IMG/VR virus record: IMGVR_UViG_3300021426_000063
Coordinates: 96,001 to 160,000 of that record
Reading direction: 5' to 3' (one strand)
Source: a virus
Lineage: Duplodnaviria; Caudoviricetes
DNA length: 64,000 nucleotides
A program made the translations under genes and the position numbers. The stretch's first letter is position 1, and every line of letters begins with the position of its first letter. The notes beneath the pieces were generated by a model. The model was not told the DNA's origin. It made no database searches and saw only the letters and a list, made by a program, of their open reading frames with translations. This document shows positions 38,322 to 49,518 of the stretch, piece after piece.

Positions 38322-40889
38322 ATGCCAATAGATAATAGTTTAAAAGCATTAACTCAACCTCTTGGTAGGATTGCAGAAATAACAGATGATCCAAACTATA
38401 AAAAGTTACCTACTAATGTTAAGGAAATCAGGGATGCTGTATGTGGAAACGGTATCCTTGGTATATTATCTCATATAGATAAGAATATTGAAGATTTCAA
38501 GAAGAAAGATTCTATTGCAAGATTAACTGGTAAGAAATCTACATCAATCAATCAAAAATCAATATTAAGAAGTACAAACTCAATAGAATCATTATTGGGT
38601 AAGATTCTTGGTCAGGTACAAAGATTATCTGGAAATAGTAGAAGATTAAGTATATCATCAAGAGAACAACAATCAGGAAAGATAAAAGGACTTGAATCAT
38701 TGTCAAGATATGTTGACATCGCTGAAAGATTGAAGTTTATGAAATTGAAGGATTTCCTTTTTGCAAAAAGGAAGATGAATATAATCAGTAAACTCATAAC
38801 AAAAACTCTTGATTTGTTCAGAAGTTTCAAAGATCAGAAAGAGATTGAAGGTACATTGAGTCTTGCAAATTCTTCAATAGAACTGGCAAAGAAACTATCA
38901 AAGATTTCTCTTCTTTCTAAACCAGCACAGATGGGTGTGAAGGTTATAGAAAGATTATTCCTTGGTAAGAAGGGTAAAGGAGGTCTCCTTAAAATATTCA
39001 AAGAACTCAGTAAAAATAAAAGACAAATAGACAGAGGTAAAGAATCAATCAAAGATATATTAAAATCTTGTGGTTCTATGCTTCTTACATCAATGATATT
39101 GACAGGTGTTGCTGTTGTTGGTATTCCAGCAATACTTGGTGCCCTTTTTATGAAGGGTATTGTCTGGATATTATCTGGTACATTCAAGATGTTGAACAAA
39201 GCAAAGAAGAATGCTCTTATTGGTTCTACTGTGTTATTGATAATGTCAACATCTGTTATCACATTTGCACTTGGTCTTGGACTTATGGTCAAAGCAGTCA
39301 AGGGTATGGAGTGGAAAGACTTTGGTAAGATTATGGCAAGTCTTGCTGGTGTTGGTATTACTGTTGCTGGTATTGGTCTTCTTGCTGCTCCTATTGCTAT
39401 TGGTAGTGGTGCATTATTACTTATGGGTGCATCTCTTGGTATCCTTGCATTGTCATTGAGAGCATGGAAGAATTTTGATTCAAAATCAGCAATGACCAAT
39501 ATTAAAGATGCTGTTGGTGGTTTAAAGGAAGCATTTGGTCTTGATGAAAAATCCCATCCAGATAGAAAGACAATTGGACAGAAACTTGGTGGTGGTCTTA
39601 TGGATATTGCTGTTGGTGTTCTTAATTTTGGAAAGACCTTCTTTATGGTTGGTTCATTGTTATTGACTGGTGTAGCACTTGGTATTCTTTATCGTGGTGT
39701 AAAAGTATGGCAAAACTTCAATGCTAAAAAATCAGCAGAGAACATCAAGACATCACTTGGTGTATTAAAGGATGCCTTTGGTCTTAAAGACAGAGATGGT
39801 GAAAGTGTAACTGCAAATGTAAAGGGTGGATTAAATGATTTGATTGGGCTCGCATCATCTATCTTCCAGATGGGTAAGACATTCACTCAAATGGGATCAC
39901 TTGTATTTGCAACAGCAATGATGGACATCATCAGATTGACATTGATTCCTTGGGAATCATATAATGCCACTGCTGCTGTTGGAAATATGAAGATTGCATT
40001 CAGTGGATTGACAGAATGTTTTGGTCTTGAATCAAGTAATACCATTGTTGGAAGTATAAGTAGTGCTGTTACTAACTTCTTTGACCTTGGTGCTGGACTT
40101 TTGAAGATGGGTTCAATGTTTACAAAGATGGGAACTATCCTTATTGCCACAGCAACAATGGATAAGATAAGAGAAAACCTTGATTCATGGAAGAGTTATG
40201 ATTCTGGAAACAGTATATCAAACATCAAGAGTACAATGACTCAATTGATGGATGCATTTGGTATTTACAATGATATAGATGATAAATCACCAGGTATTTT
40301 AAAAGTAGTCTCATCTGTTGGTAGAGGTATTACCAATATGTTCAGTCTTGCTGAAAACCTTACTGAAAAGGGTTCAAAGGCTTCTAAACTGTCTGACCTT
40401 GTTACCTGTGTCGCAACAATGGATAAAGTGAGAGAATATCTTGTATCTTGGAACTCATTTGATCCAAAGGATCCTCTCAGTAATATGAACAATGCCATTA
40501 AGACTTCTGTTGATTCTATCAATACTCTTAATATCTTTAAGGCTGCTCAACTCACTGATGTGTTCAGATCATTCAAGAATATTGGTAATAAACCATTTGA
40601 TAAGTTCACTGCTGCTGTTAATCAGTTTACAAAATCTTGTAATGACCTTATTGATGCAATGAAAGAATATGGTAATGTGACTGTTACAGCAGAAGCAAAT
40701 GGTTCAACTGGTGCTGCATCAACCAGTGTATCTGGTGGTGTTAACATCAATAATCCAAATGATTTGGCAAAGGCAATTGCTGAAGCAATCAAATCATTAC
40801 CTATCAATGTTGAGACTAATCTGTCAGACATCAGGTTGGTTGTTAATAATGAAGCAGGTAGAAGAGTGGTACTTACACTTGAAAATTAA
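38322..40889 (+). CDS. Tape-measure-like protein with hydrophobic segments and internal repeats
   Basis: 855 aa; Gly/Ala/Leu-rich hydrophobic block and repeated W..F/Y....A..NIK......AFGL units; late promoter 38290-38298. Confidence 0.5.
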   Translation: MPIDNSLKALTQPLGRIAEITDDPNYKKLPTNVKEIRDAVCGNGILGILSHIDKNIEDFKKKDSIARLTGKKSTSINQKSILRSTNSIESLLGKILGQVQRLSGNSRRLSISSREQQSGKIKGLESLSRYVDIAERLKFMKLKDFLFAKRKMNIISKLITKTLDLFRSFKDQKEIEGTLSLANSSIELAKKLSKISLLSKPAQMGVKVIERLFLGKKGKGGLLKIFKELSKNKRQIDRGKESIKDILKSCGSMLLTSMILTGVAVVGIPAILGALFMKGIVWILSGTFKMLNKAKKNALIGSTVLLIMSTSVITFALGLGLMVKAVKGMEWKDFGKIMASLAGVGITVAGIGLLAAPIAIGSGALLLMGASLGILALSLRAWKNFDSKSAMTNIKDAVGGLKEAFGLDEKSHPDRKTIGQKLGGGLMDIAVGVLNFGKTFFMVGSLLLTGVALGILYRGVKVWQNFNAKKSAENIKTSLGVLKDAFGLKDRDGESVTANVKGGLNDLIGLASSIFQMGKTFTQMGSLVFATAMMDIIRLTLIPWESYNATAAVGNMKIAFSGLTECFGLESSNTIVGSISSAVTNFFDLGAGLLKMGSMFTKMGTILIATATMDKIRENLDSWKSYDSGNSISNIKSTMTQLMDAFGIYNDIDDKSPGILKVVSSVGRGITNMFSLAENLTEKGSKASKLSDLVTCVATMDKVREYLVSWNSFDPKDPLSNMNNAIKTSVDSINTLNIFKAAQLTDVFRSFKNIGNKPFDKFTAAVNQFTKSCNDLIDAMKEYGNVTVTAEANGSTGAASTSVSGGVNINNPNDLAKAIAEAIKSLPINVETNLSDIRLVVNNEAGRRVVLTLEN

Positions 40890-40928
40890 TTTTTTGTTAT
40901 ATTTAGTTTATATCATATATTATAGTTT

Positions 40929-41918
40929 ATGAGTAAAAATGTAGATAACTACGAAGAGCAGGTTCGCAAAGAGTTTGAATCTACTCAGGAAGAAGTAAAA
41001 GAAGAAAAGCAGGATACTGTCAAGAATCTTGGTAAAGTAGAACTTGACAAGACTATTGAAGACCCAGAGATTGAGAGAATCAAGAACTCAATGAATTATA
41101 TCAATATCCCTCTTGAAACTCTCCCAAGTGGTGGTAGATATTATCCAGAAGGAACAAGAATCAGTATCCGTGCTGCAAGGGTTGGTGAAATCAGAGAATT
41201 CTCTATCATCAATGAGGAAGATCCAAAAGACATTAGGGATAAGATGACTTACATTGTTTCACAGTGTACAAAAGTCTATTATGGTAACACACCTGGTCAT
41301 TACAAGGATATACTTGAAGATGATAGAATTGTACTTGTTCTTAAAATCAGGGAACTTACATTCACTGATGCAAAACAGAGTATCAAGATTCCAGTACCAG
41401 AAGGTGCATGTCAGACACCAGGATGTCATCCACAAGAATCAGTTGAGTTTGATTCAAGTAAACTTGAATTCCTCAAACCAAGTGAGAAACTTGAAAAGTA
41501 CTATGACCCAGTTGAAAGATGTTACAACATTCAGACAAAACACTTTGGAGTAATCAAATTGTATCCTCCTACCATTGGTGTAACAAGTATCATTGCTGAT
41601 TGGATTAGGGAACAGCAAAGAGATGACAAGAAGATGGATGCTGCACTTGTTGATATTCTCCCTTACACAATAAAAGACTGGAGAACATTCTCATCAAAGC
41701 AGGTATTTACCAAAGTAACTGAACTTTCTGGTTGGTCAACAGAGAAGTTCACATTGGTTACCAGATTGGTTGAAGAAATCAGTGTAGGAATTAAATTTGA
41801 AATCAAGGAGACTTGTGCTCAGTGTGGAGGTGAGTTGATTATTCCTGTCACCTTTCCCAACGGATTCAGATCCTTATTTGTTCCAACAATTTCTGATCTC
41901 GGAGATGAACTTCTATGA
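40929..41918 (+). CDS. Baseplate hub assembly protein (T4 gp26-like)
   Basis: LPSGGRYYP...DRIVLVLKIRELT...CAQCGGE..IPV.F..GFRSLF; promoter 40893-40903. Confidence 0.65.
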   Translation: MSKNVDNYEEQVRKEFESTQEEVKEEKQDTVKNLGKVELDKTIEDPEIERIKNSMNYINIPLETLPSGGRYYPEGTRISIRAARVGEIREFSIINEEDPKDIRDKMTYIVSQCTKVYYGNTPGHYKDILEDDRIVLVLKIRELTFTDAKQSIKIPVPEGACQTPGCHPQESVEFDSSKLEFLKPSEKLEKYYDPVERCYNIQTKHFGVIKLYPPTIGVTSIIADWIREQQRDDKKMDAALVDILPYTIKDWRTFSSKQVFTKVTELSGWSTEKFTLVTRLVEEISVGIKFEIKETCAQCGGELIIPVTFPNGFRSLFVPTISDLGDELL

Positions 41919-42165
41919 TAATGTAGTCATTGCTATGGAGAAACTCAATATGCAATGGGACATTATAATGAATTTAAATTTCTATGATTTTCAGAACATC
42001 CTTGACAGTTATACAAGGATACTTGAAGAAAGAAAGGCAGCAGAAGAGGAAGAGGCAAAGAAGTATGGTTATGATGAGAAGAATATGAATCCTCAAACTA
42101 TGATGAACCAGGCACAAAAGAATATGCCAAAGATGCCTAACCTTACAATGCCAAAGATAAAATAG
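41905..42165 (+). CDS. Small hub/tail assembly protein (T4 gp51-like)
   Basis: MNFYDNVVIAMEKLNMQW..IMNL.FYDF; overlaps the gp26-like stop as in gp26/gp51 pairs. Confidence 0.5.
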   Translation: MNFYDNVVIAMEKLNMQWDIIMNLNFYDFQNILDSYTRILEERKAAEEEEAKKYGYDEKNMNPQTMMNQAQKNMPKMPNLTMPKIK

Positions 42166-42194
42166 AAAAGGATGGTTTATTTACCATCCTTTTC
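42165..42194. terminator. Bidirectional terminator
   Basis: gaaaaggatggt-ttattt-accatccttttc. Confidence 0.7.
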
Positions 42195-45041
42195 TTCATT
42201 TACATTACCAAGGTCTTTCACAGGTCTTGGTTCTTTTTGTTCTTCATTGATAGTTGTACCAATGTACTCTGTTGTTTCAGTATCAATAATCTTACTGTTT
42301 GTTACATTACCAAGGTTCTTTGCAACAGGTGCTGCCTTGTCTGTCTCATTGAGTATAGGTTTGATGAAACCAATGTTCAATGCATCTGCAACACCTTCTG
42401 TTGGAACACCGGTTGATGCAGCAACACCAGTGACCAGTCTTCTCAATGCATCATTCATCCTGGTGAGTTCTTTATTCTTTTCTGCTACTGAACCCAATGC
42501 AAAATCATTTACAATCGTTGTCTTGTAATGGTCATCAACTGCAACAGATGCATCTCTTCTAATATATTCACGGTAATCATTATTGTTTACATTACCAAGA
42601 AGACTCTTATCAAACCATCTCCTGAAGTTACCATCCAATCCACCAGATGTATCAAACTCATTGTTTCCAACATCAGTCAACCTGCTGTAAGCTTCCTTAT
42701 GGAATGGTTCAAGATCAGAAAGGTCTTTGTTCTTCTTAAGTACATATTGTCTCAAATCATCAAATGGTAAGAAGTTGATAACACAGTTTCCATATGTGAA
42801 TACAAACTTTGTATTCCTCATTTCATTTGATGGAAGATTGGTTACATTCTCAAATATACTACCTGTCTCTTCTGGAACAATCTCACAATCAAAGAACTTG
42901 AATTCTACTGCTGACATATAATTAAGTGCCAACTCTGTAAGTATAGATGGGTCACCAATTATATTGGAAATGTCCTCATCTTTAACATTGATGGAGTTTC
43001 TGAAGTTCCTTATATCATGTACAAACACAGAACAATTGAATCTCCTCAAATTTATAGGTACTCTTTCCCTCCTGTAATGTCTGTCATATACAGCATTGAA
43101 ATACTTATTGAACATTGATGATACTCTCATATCAAGGAATTCAAGACAATCAATGGTAATCTTGTTATCACCAGATCCCATATATGGATCTTTCATTTCA
43201 AAATATTTCTTATATGCCTCATCCAATCCAGTTATTGATTGTAACACATAAGGATAATCTTCTGTAATTGTCTTCATACCATAGATGAATCCAAGAATAT
43301 CATAAACTGTTTGAGGTACTTCCTTTGTTGGTTTCTTTGTTTCTCCACCTTCGGTATCTGTTGCTATGGTCTCATTTGTTGTTCTTTGAGCACTTGAACT
43401 ACCAGACATCTTTTCAGTATAAGCATTGGTATTATCAATATTTTCTTTTGTGTCATTAAGCAAATCTATATAGTTGTTAATGCTGGTAACCTGGTCAGTT
43501 TCATAATCTTCATTTGCTTTATTATAAAGATATCCAAGACTACCAGTAAGTTCACCTTTCTCATTTTTAACAGCTGTTGGATTTGCTTCTGTTCCAGTAC
43601 CAAACAATTGTGTTTCTAATTTCTTTTTTTCTTCTCTTTTAATATTAAGGTCTTTTACAGAATCATCTTTCACAGAAACATTATGGATGTTTGTTTTCAT
43701 TATCACAATAATGTTTTTAAGAATCTCCTCATCAGAATCATTTATTTTAGAATCTTTTCTGATTGAATTCAATTCATTTTCAATAGTCTTTTCATCTGGG
43801 TATTTATATTCTACTTCAAGATTTTTACCATAATTCTTTTTATCATTTGATGAAATATCACCAACCATATTTTTAAAATCATTCCAGATATTTTCTACTT
43901 CACTCTTTGTAGTACTTCTTATATCATTATCACTTGATGTTTTTAATATCTCCAACTTCTTTTCAATGGTAGATTTAAAATTAGAAAGGTCTGATTTAAC
44001 ATTTCTTTTTTCATCATCTATTGCATTTTGTAAATCTTCAACATCCCTAAATGCTTTATATTTCTTCAAAACAGACATATAATTTTCTTTTGCAGTTTTG
44101 AGAGCTTCTTTCTTTGCCTCATTTGCCGCATTCATCTCATCAGTAATACTTGTTTTAGCATTCTGAATATTCATATCAAGTAAAGATTTCTGATTTTCCT
44201 TACCAAGTTTTCCAATAAACTTACAAATAACTGCCCTGTTCTTTACATTGATTGCAAATGGTTGAACAGTATCTCCATAATGTGCAGTAGTTATACGGGA
44301 TGGATCAATATCATTACCAGATTTAATGAGTTCACCTCTTACTTTTTCTGCTCTGTTTTTTGATAGTTCAAGATTATGTGATTCAGTACCTGTTTGCTTA
44401 TCAGCATAACCAGAAAGTGTAACTTGAAGTTCTGGATTATCAGTCAAAGTCTTAACAATATATGCAATAGTTGCTTCTTCTGATGGTCTAATCTTATATT
44501 GATCCCTATCAAAGAATATATTTGCAGCAGACAATTCTTCTGCATATGTATCATATATACTCTTGTTTGGAGTACCATTACCAATATAATCAGACTTACT
44601 ATATGTACCTTCGACAACCTTATCAACCATATAGATATAGTCAACAGCACCATAAAGAGGTTTATCTATATCATGTTCATCCCATAATCCATAACCAGGT
44701 TTCCTACCATTGTTAGTACCAAATGGATCCTTTGCTTTGATGGTACTTGTCTCATATGTATTTGGAGTACCATGTATATCTCTATCATTGATTTTCTTTA
44801 ATTTCTCCTCTATCCTTTCTGCTAATGGAGTATCTCCTTCATTTTCTTGAACATCCATACCATCAGGAGACCTCAAGGTTTTAGATGTAGCATATTCTTC
44901 ACCATTAAGGAATAATGGTGAAAACAGTTTATCAATAGCAAAAGTAAACCCAGTAAAGATTGGGTCTTCAATATTGTTCGTTGAGTTCTTACTGTAATGT
45001 CTCAACAAATCATGTGTATTCAAAAATTTGAGATTATTCAT
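42177..45041 (-). CDS. Large structural protein containing an OmpA-like peptidoglycan-binding domain
   Basis: NIFFDRDQYKI...LSGYADKQTG...NLELSKNRAEKV...IDPSRI....YGDTVQP...NRAV, followed by coiled coil. Confidence 0.7.
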   Translation of the reverse strand: MNNLKFLNTHDLLRHYSKNSTNNIEDPIFTGFTFAIDKLFSPLFLNGEEYATSKTLRSPDGMDVQENEGDTPLAERIEEKLKKINDRDIHGTPNTYETSTIKAKDPFGTNNGRKPGYGLWDEHDIDKPLYGAVDYIYMVDKVVEGTYSKSDYIGNGTPNKSIYDTYAEELSAANIFFDRDQYKIRPSEEATIAYIVKTLTDNPELQVTLSGYADKQTGTESHNLELSKNRAEKVRGELIKSGNDIDPSRITTAHYGDTVQPFAINVKNRAVICKFIGKLGKENQKSLLDMNIQNAKTSITDEMNAANEAKKEALKTAKENYMSVLKKYKAFRDVEDLQNAIDDEKRNVKSDLSNFKSTIEKKLEILKTSSDNDIRSTTKSEVENIWNDFKNMVGDISSNDKKNYGKNLEVEYKYPDEKTIENELNSIRKDSKINDSDEEILKNIIVIMKTNIHNVSVKDDSVKDLNIKREEKKKLETQLFGTGTEANPTAVKNEKGELTGSLGYLYNKANEDYETDQVTSINNYIDLLNDTKENIDNTNAYTEKMSGSSSAQRTTNETIATDTEGGETKKPTKEVPQTVYDILGFIYGMKTITEDYPYVLQSITGLDEAYKKYFEMKDPYMGSGDNKITIDCLEFLDMRVSSMFNKYFNAVYDRHYRRERVPINLRRFNCSVFVHDIRNFRNSINVKDEDISNIIGDPSILTELALNYMSAVEFKFFDCEIVPEETGSIFENVTNLPSNEMRNTKFVFTYGNCVINFLPFDDLRQYVLKKNKDLSDLEPFHKEAYSRLTDVGNNEFDTSGGLDGNFRRWFDKSLLGNVNNNDYREYIRRDASVAVDDHYKTTIVNDFALGSVAEKNKELTRMNDALRRLVTGVAASTGVPTEGVADALNIGFIKPILNETDKAAPVAKNLGNVTNSKIIDTETTEYIGTTINEEQKEPRPVKDLGNVNEEKDGK

Positions 45042-45051
45042 AGTTGTAATT

Positions 45052-46875
45052 TTAATTTGCTACTAATATATCATCAATGATATTTTCATTCTTATATTTA
45101 TCAATTGCCTTTTTGGCCATATAATACTCATCCTTGAAACAAGGTTTGTATTCAATCCTGTTCAACATCAGATTCATTTTGAGATTGTTGTCATTAGGGT
45201 CATAATCAATCTCAATCTCTGTCACCACATACCAACCTGATAATCCTCTGTTGTATATGATTTCAGGCCAGAACTTCTTCTTTCTTGGATAAATTTCCTC
45301 AATGACACCTTCATCATCAAATTGAAGGATGTTCTTGTTCTTTGCCTCTTTATATTTAAGTAAATCACCGGTATCATTATCTTTATATACTTCATCCTTT
45401 GAAATCTCCTGACCAGACAATGGATGCTTGTCATAGATGTCAACCCAGATTCGACTGAACTTTGTAACAGCAGGATTGTAGTTTTGTAGTTTCACTTTCA
45501 ATCCACACTTCTTCATCCACTTCAACTGGAATCTATTCTGAACCTCTGCAAAGTAATACTGCTTAAAGGTGTTGGTTGTATCAACATTACCAAAGTTATT
45601 GAATGATTCAACATTGGTCATATTATCAACACTCGCCATATCATCCAGGTATTCACTCTTTGTCATCTGGATAAGGTTCAAAGGAATGTATGAATCCTGA
45701 TTTGGTTCTTCATCTATTGATTCAATCTTCTGTGTTGCCACATCCCTTTTGAGATTATCAATTGGTCTGATAAGGAAATCACATTGTGATAATCCCCAAC
45801 TACCCATATTGGAATCATTATATGTCACATGTGTCCTGAATCCATCAGATAATCCAGATGAACCATTATGTATCTCTTGGTATGACTCAATATAGTTTGA
45901 CCAACCATTGAAGTATTCATCGTTTGATATATAATAATAGCTCAACTTCTGATAGTTGTTTTTCATTGGATTCTCATCTGCACCAATAGGAATCTGATTA
46001 TCTGTCTTCTTTTCATCTTTTTTAGGATCATAATCAGGTAATTCCCTTGGTGGAGTACAGTTATATATCATTGCTGGTGTATCTGTCTTCTTACCACCAT
46101 GTGAAAGAAGTGAATGGCACTCCACAAAATTCAACACATTATACTGGTCAATGAATGATGTGAAGAAAGTATTTGGTGAATAACAGGCATGACCAGCAAT
46201 ATCTTCCATAAAATCAAAGTATGTTGTGGTCTCATTGTTCCTCCAGGCCATCTCATCCAATGTATTTGTCTTTGTGAAGTTGGTTGAGAATCCAAGACCT
46301 GTCCATACTGCCAGGTTGAAGAGAGACTGCATCGCTGTACACTCACCTCCACACCAGGCTTCCTTCCTGTATCCATAAGGTACATTCAACTTACCATATA
46401 CCCTGTACTTCAAACCACTGTTACTAATCTTTCTTATACTGGTTAATATAAAATCTTGCCTAATTGGTTTATAATAGAGTTCATCACCTTGTCCACCAAT
46501 ATAAACTTTGATGATAGACCCATCCTTTGGTATATTAGTTGACAGCATACTGTTTGAAGAATCAATAAACTCAAACATCAATGTTGGCAAAAATCCTGTA
46601 TAATCCAACTTGAATGCGCACACATCAACCTGATTAATTACATAATCATTGATACTTATTAAAGGAATTCTATAAGCATACTTATATGGGATATTATTTT
46701 TATCATTAGTGAAGAAATTCTTATTTAATAAAAACTCTTTTACACCCAATGATGGTTCAACAAGTTGTACTGAATTGATTTTATCACCAGTCAATTCAGT
46801 ATACTTGTTGTTGTCATCTATACCTCCAATTGGAAATATAGTCTTGTACAATGTATCTAATGTTATATTATTCAT
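45052..46875 (-). CDS. Probable baseplate hub/tail protein
   Basis: 607 aa in a structural operon; C-terminal LSGWYVVTEIEIDY resembles gp27-type hub proteins. Confidence 0.45.
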   Translation of the reverse strand: MNNITLDTLYKTIFPIGGIDDNNKYTELTGDKINSVQLVEPSLGVKEFLLNKNFFTNDKNNIPYKYAYRIPLISINDYVINQVDVCAFKLDYTGFLPTLMFEFIDSSNSMLSTNIPKDGSIIKVYIGGQGDELYYKPIRQDFILTSIRKISNSGLKYRVYGKLNVPYGYRKEAWCGGECTAMQSLFNLAVWTGLGFSTNFTKTNTLDEMAWRNNETTTYFDFMEDIAGHACYSPNTFFTSFIDQYNVLNFVECHSLLSHGGKKTDTPAMIYNCTPPRELPDYDPKKDEKKTDNQIPIGADENPMKNNYQKLSYYYISNDEYFNGWSNYIESYQEIHNGSSGLSDGFRTHVTYNDSNMGSWGLSQCDFLIRPIDNLKRDVATQKIESIDEEPNQDSYIPLNLIQMTKSEYLDDMASVDNMTNVESFNNFGNVDTTNTFKQYYFAEVQNRFQLKWMKKCGLKVKLQNYNPAVTKFSRIWVDIYDKHPLSGQEISKDEVYKDNDTGDLLKYKEAKNKNILQFDDEGVIEEIYPRKKKFWPEIIYNRGLSGWYVVTEIEIDYDPNDNNLKMNLMLNRIEYKPCFKDEYYMAKKAIDKYKNENIIDDILVAN

Positions 46876-46881
46876 ACATTA

Positions 46882-49515
46882 TTAATTTACTCTATATTTA
46901 ATACCATCAACAGTCACATAATCACCTTGTCTTACATAGTTGTCAGCAACAAATACCTTTCTCTTATTACCATCACCATCTGTCACTTCAACCACTGAAC
47001 CATTTTCAGTTCTTACAACATTGTCTATAATCTTTGTGTTATCAACAGTTGTTCTTTCAAAACAATCCTTTTCAAGGTCTTCTGTGTAATATGTATACCA
47101 ATAGAATGCTGTGTATGCTTCATCTATCTTTGTTATAATTGTTCCAACATTTTTCTTATGTAATTGGGCAATACCACCATTTATCTTATGACCATTCTTG
47201 GAAGCCTTCTTGATAATCTTACTTTTTATCTTCTTCAATATCCTTCCAATGATTCCAGGTGTATAATAAATATTTCCTGTATGGTTAAGGTTTGGATGGA
47301 AGAAGTGCCAACCAATAAACTTGATATCATTGTCCATTGGTTCACCATTTATCATATCTGATACAGTTGATGATTCTCCTACTTCTTGGATGATTGGAGA
47401 TTTATATGCAACAATAATATCACCTTTGTCATCCAACTCATCAATCAGTTCTTCAATTTTTTCTGATTGCTTATCTCCAACTGTTGTGAATTTCAAGACA
47501 TTATTAATACTACCTATAAGATCCTTCAATTTCTTATCATCATATGATTCCAATAATTCCATAGTTGAAGAAAGAGACTCTTTACCTTCTTTTGATGTAC
47601 TTCCATTTTCAAGGAATGAATCAAGTATATCAATGGTATGTTCAAACTCTTCTGTATCTCTGAAATGAACAGGAGACAATGTGTTAACCAATCTCACTCT
47701 TGATGACTTTATGCTATCACCAAAGGCTTCAATGATACTCTGTATCAAATCCATCAACCATTTGAGACCAAACAACTCCATCAACTGTTTGATGATGTCA
47801 CCAAGACTGTTCAATCCATTAAGCATTATCCTGGCAATCTTGTTGATGTTATTGATGATGTCAATTATTTTTTCTATAAGGTCTTTGATGAACTTGAAGA
47901 TGGTCTTGATGTCCATCCAGAAGTCAGCAATCTTATATGCAGGATTTGGTACAACAGAACCAATATCAGAAGGCATTGCAATCTTTACAGTAGATGCAAC
48001 CAACTGTGTAGTAAGATTCTTACATATCTCCTTGATATCATTGAAATCCTGATTGATTGCATCACAACAATCATCAATGAACATATCACAAGAACCACCA
48101 TTTGTAAAGAACTGTTTTATCTCTTCAATGGATGCCTTGTACTGGTTCATCATAGATTGCCAATCTGATTTGATAGAGTTACACCTATATTCTGCTTCCT
48201 TCTTGAACTTGTCCAGTTCTGTTCCAATGATAGACTTCATTGTATCAGCCTGCTTGGCATTCTTTATCTTCTTCCTGAACTTCTGCATCTCCTTGATGGC
48301 AGATCTCATTTCTCTCTTTGATTGAGTATCCAGGACTCTCTTGTCAAGGTCTTGCCTTTTCATAAAGTGTCTGATGTCCTCTCTCTGTTTCTTCAACTCT
48401 TCATCATACTCTTTCAAAAACTCTTTATAGTTCTCTTGGCTATAATTCCTTCCTTCCGGTGGCATGTTCTCCAGTTCTGCATAAGTATTATCAACCATTT
48501 CACTGTATTGATTATACATATCTTCAGAAGACATTGTCAAATCATTCCTGATTTTATAGAGCATTGATTCAAAATCAATAGGAGGTAACTGGTCTAAACC
48601 AGTTCTTACTATCACAGACTGAACAAGAACACCAGTAAATGCAGAGACGACCTTACCAATACTGAAGTTCTTGATTACTGTTGCAAGTGACCCAGATACA
48701 TTTGTAATTGCCTGATTGACCTTTGTGTCCTCACCATATTGTTTGAGTTCTTCTGAAATAGTAGTAGCACCTTTTGAAACAGAAGACAAACCAGTCACAT
48801 CCTTGAAGTTGGTATCAACAAGGTTTGACAACTGTTGCATCTTTTCACGGAGTTCAGAGATAAGAGTCTCAACCCATTTGTTTGCATTGTTGATTGTATC
48901 ATTCACCTTACTTGCTGTATCTCCAACAGTAGTAATACCCTGTGTCTTGATGTCTGTGAGTTTCTTTGTGACACTTTTCAACTTATCTGTAACATTTGAA
49001 CTGATAGTATTGAACTCACTACCTGTCCACTCGAGTACTACCTCCGCAGAATCATGTATGTCATTAGCAATCTCAAACTTACCAAGTACATCTGAACTTG
49101 TTTCTGCAACAGCCATTCCAAGATTTGATATTGCACCACTCAATTCACCGGCAGATTCAATGGTCTCACCAGTCAATGTAGAAATCATATCTATTGTTGT
49201 TTCACCAATACCAACAGTCTTGTTGATGGCATTCTGTGTAAATGTATCCAATCTGTTTGTGATACCTGTAAGTGAACCAGTGATACTGTTCATCTGGGTC
49301 ATCAAGTAATTGGAAGGGATGTCTGCATAACTGTCCAGTAGTCTATTCATATCATCAGATAACTTCTGTATCTGAGCTGACAGATAAACCACATCACCAA
49401 CAATCCTGGTTACAAAATCCTGAGGTTTTGGCATAAGAGCAACAAACTGCAATGTCTGTGATACAACACACATAGACTTTATGCCTTTTCTCATTCCTGC
49501 ATTAATAATCTCCAT
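46882..49515 (-). CDS. Large helical hypothetical structural protein
   Basis: 877 aa with coiled-coil and amphipathic segments. Confidence 0.6.
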   Translation of the reverse strand: MEIINAGMRKGIKSMCVVSQTLQFVALMPKPQDFVTRIVGDVVYLSAQIQKLSDDMNRLLDSYADIPSNYLMTQMNSITGSLTGITNRLDTFTQNAINKTVGIGETTIDMISTLTGETIESAGELSGAISNLGMAVAETSSDVLGKFEIANDIHDSAEVVLEWTGSEFNTISSNVTDKLKSVTKKLTDIKTQGITTVGDTASKVNDTINNANKWVETLISELREKMQQLSNLVDTNFKDVTGLSSVSKGATTISEELKQYGEDTKVNQAITNVSGSLATVIKNFSIGKVVSAFTGVLVQSVIVRTGLDQLPPIDFESMLYKIRNDLTMSSEDMYNQYSEMVDNTYAELENMPPEGRNYSQENYKEFLKEYDEELKKQREDIRHFMKRQDLDKRVLDTQSKREMRSAIKEMQKFRKKIKNAKQADTMKSIIGTELDKFKKEAEYRCNSIKSDWQSMMNQYKASIEEIKQFFTNGGSCDMFIDDCCDAINQDFNDIKEICKNLTTQLVASTVKIAMPSDIGSVVPNPAYKIADFWMDIKTIFKFIKDLIEKIIDIINNINKIARIMLNGLNSLGDIIKQLMELFGLKWLMDLIQSIIEAFGDSIKSSRVRLVNTLSPVHFRDTEEFEHTIDILDSFLENGSTSKEGKESLSSTMELLESYDDKKLKDLIGSINNVLKFTTVGDKQSEKIEELIDELDDKGDIIVAYKSPIIQEVGESSTVSDMINGEPMDNDIKFIGWHFFHPNLNHTGNIYYTPGIIGRILKKIKSKIIKKASKNGHKINGGIAQLHKKNVGTIITKIDEAYTAFYWYTYYTEDLEKDCFERTTVDNTKIIDNVVRTENGSVVEVTDGDGNKRKVFVADNYVRQGDYVTVDGIKYRVN

Positions 49516-49518
49516 ACA

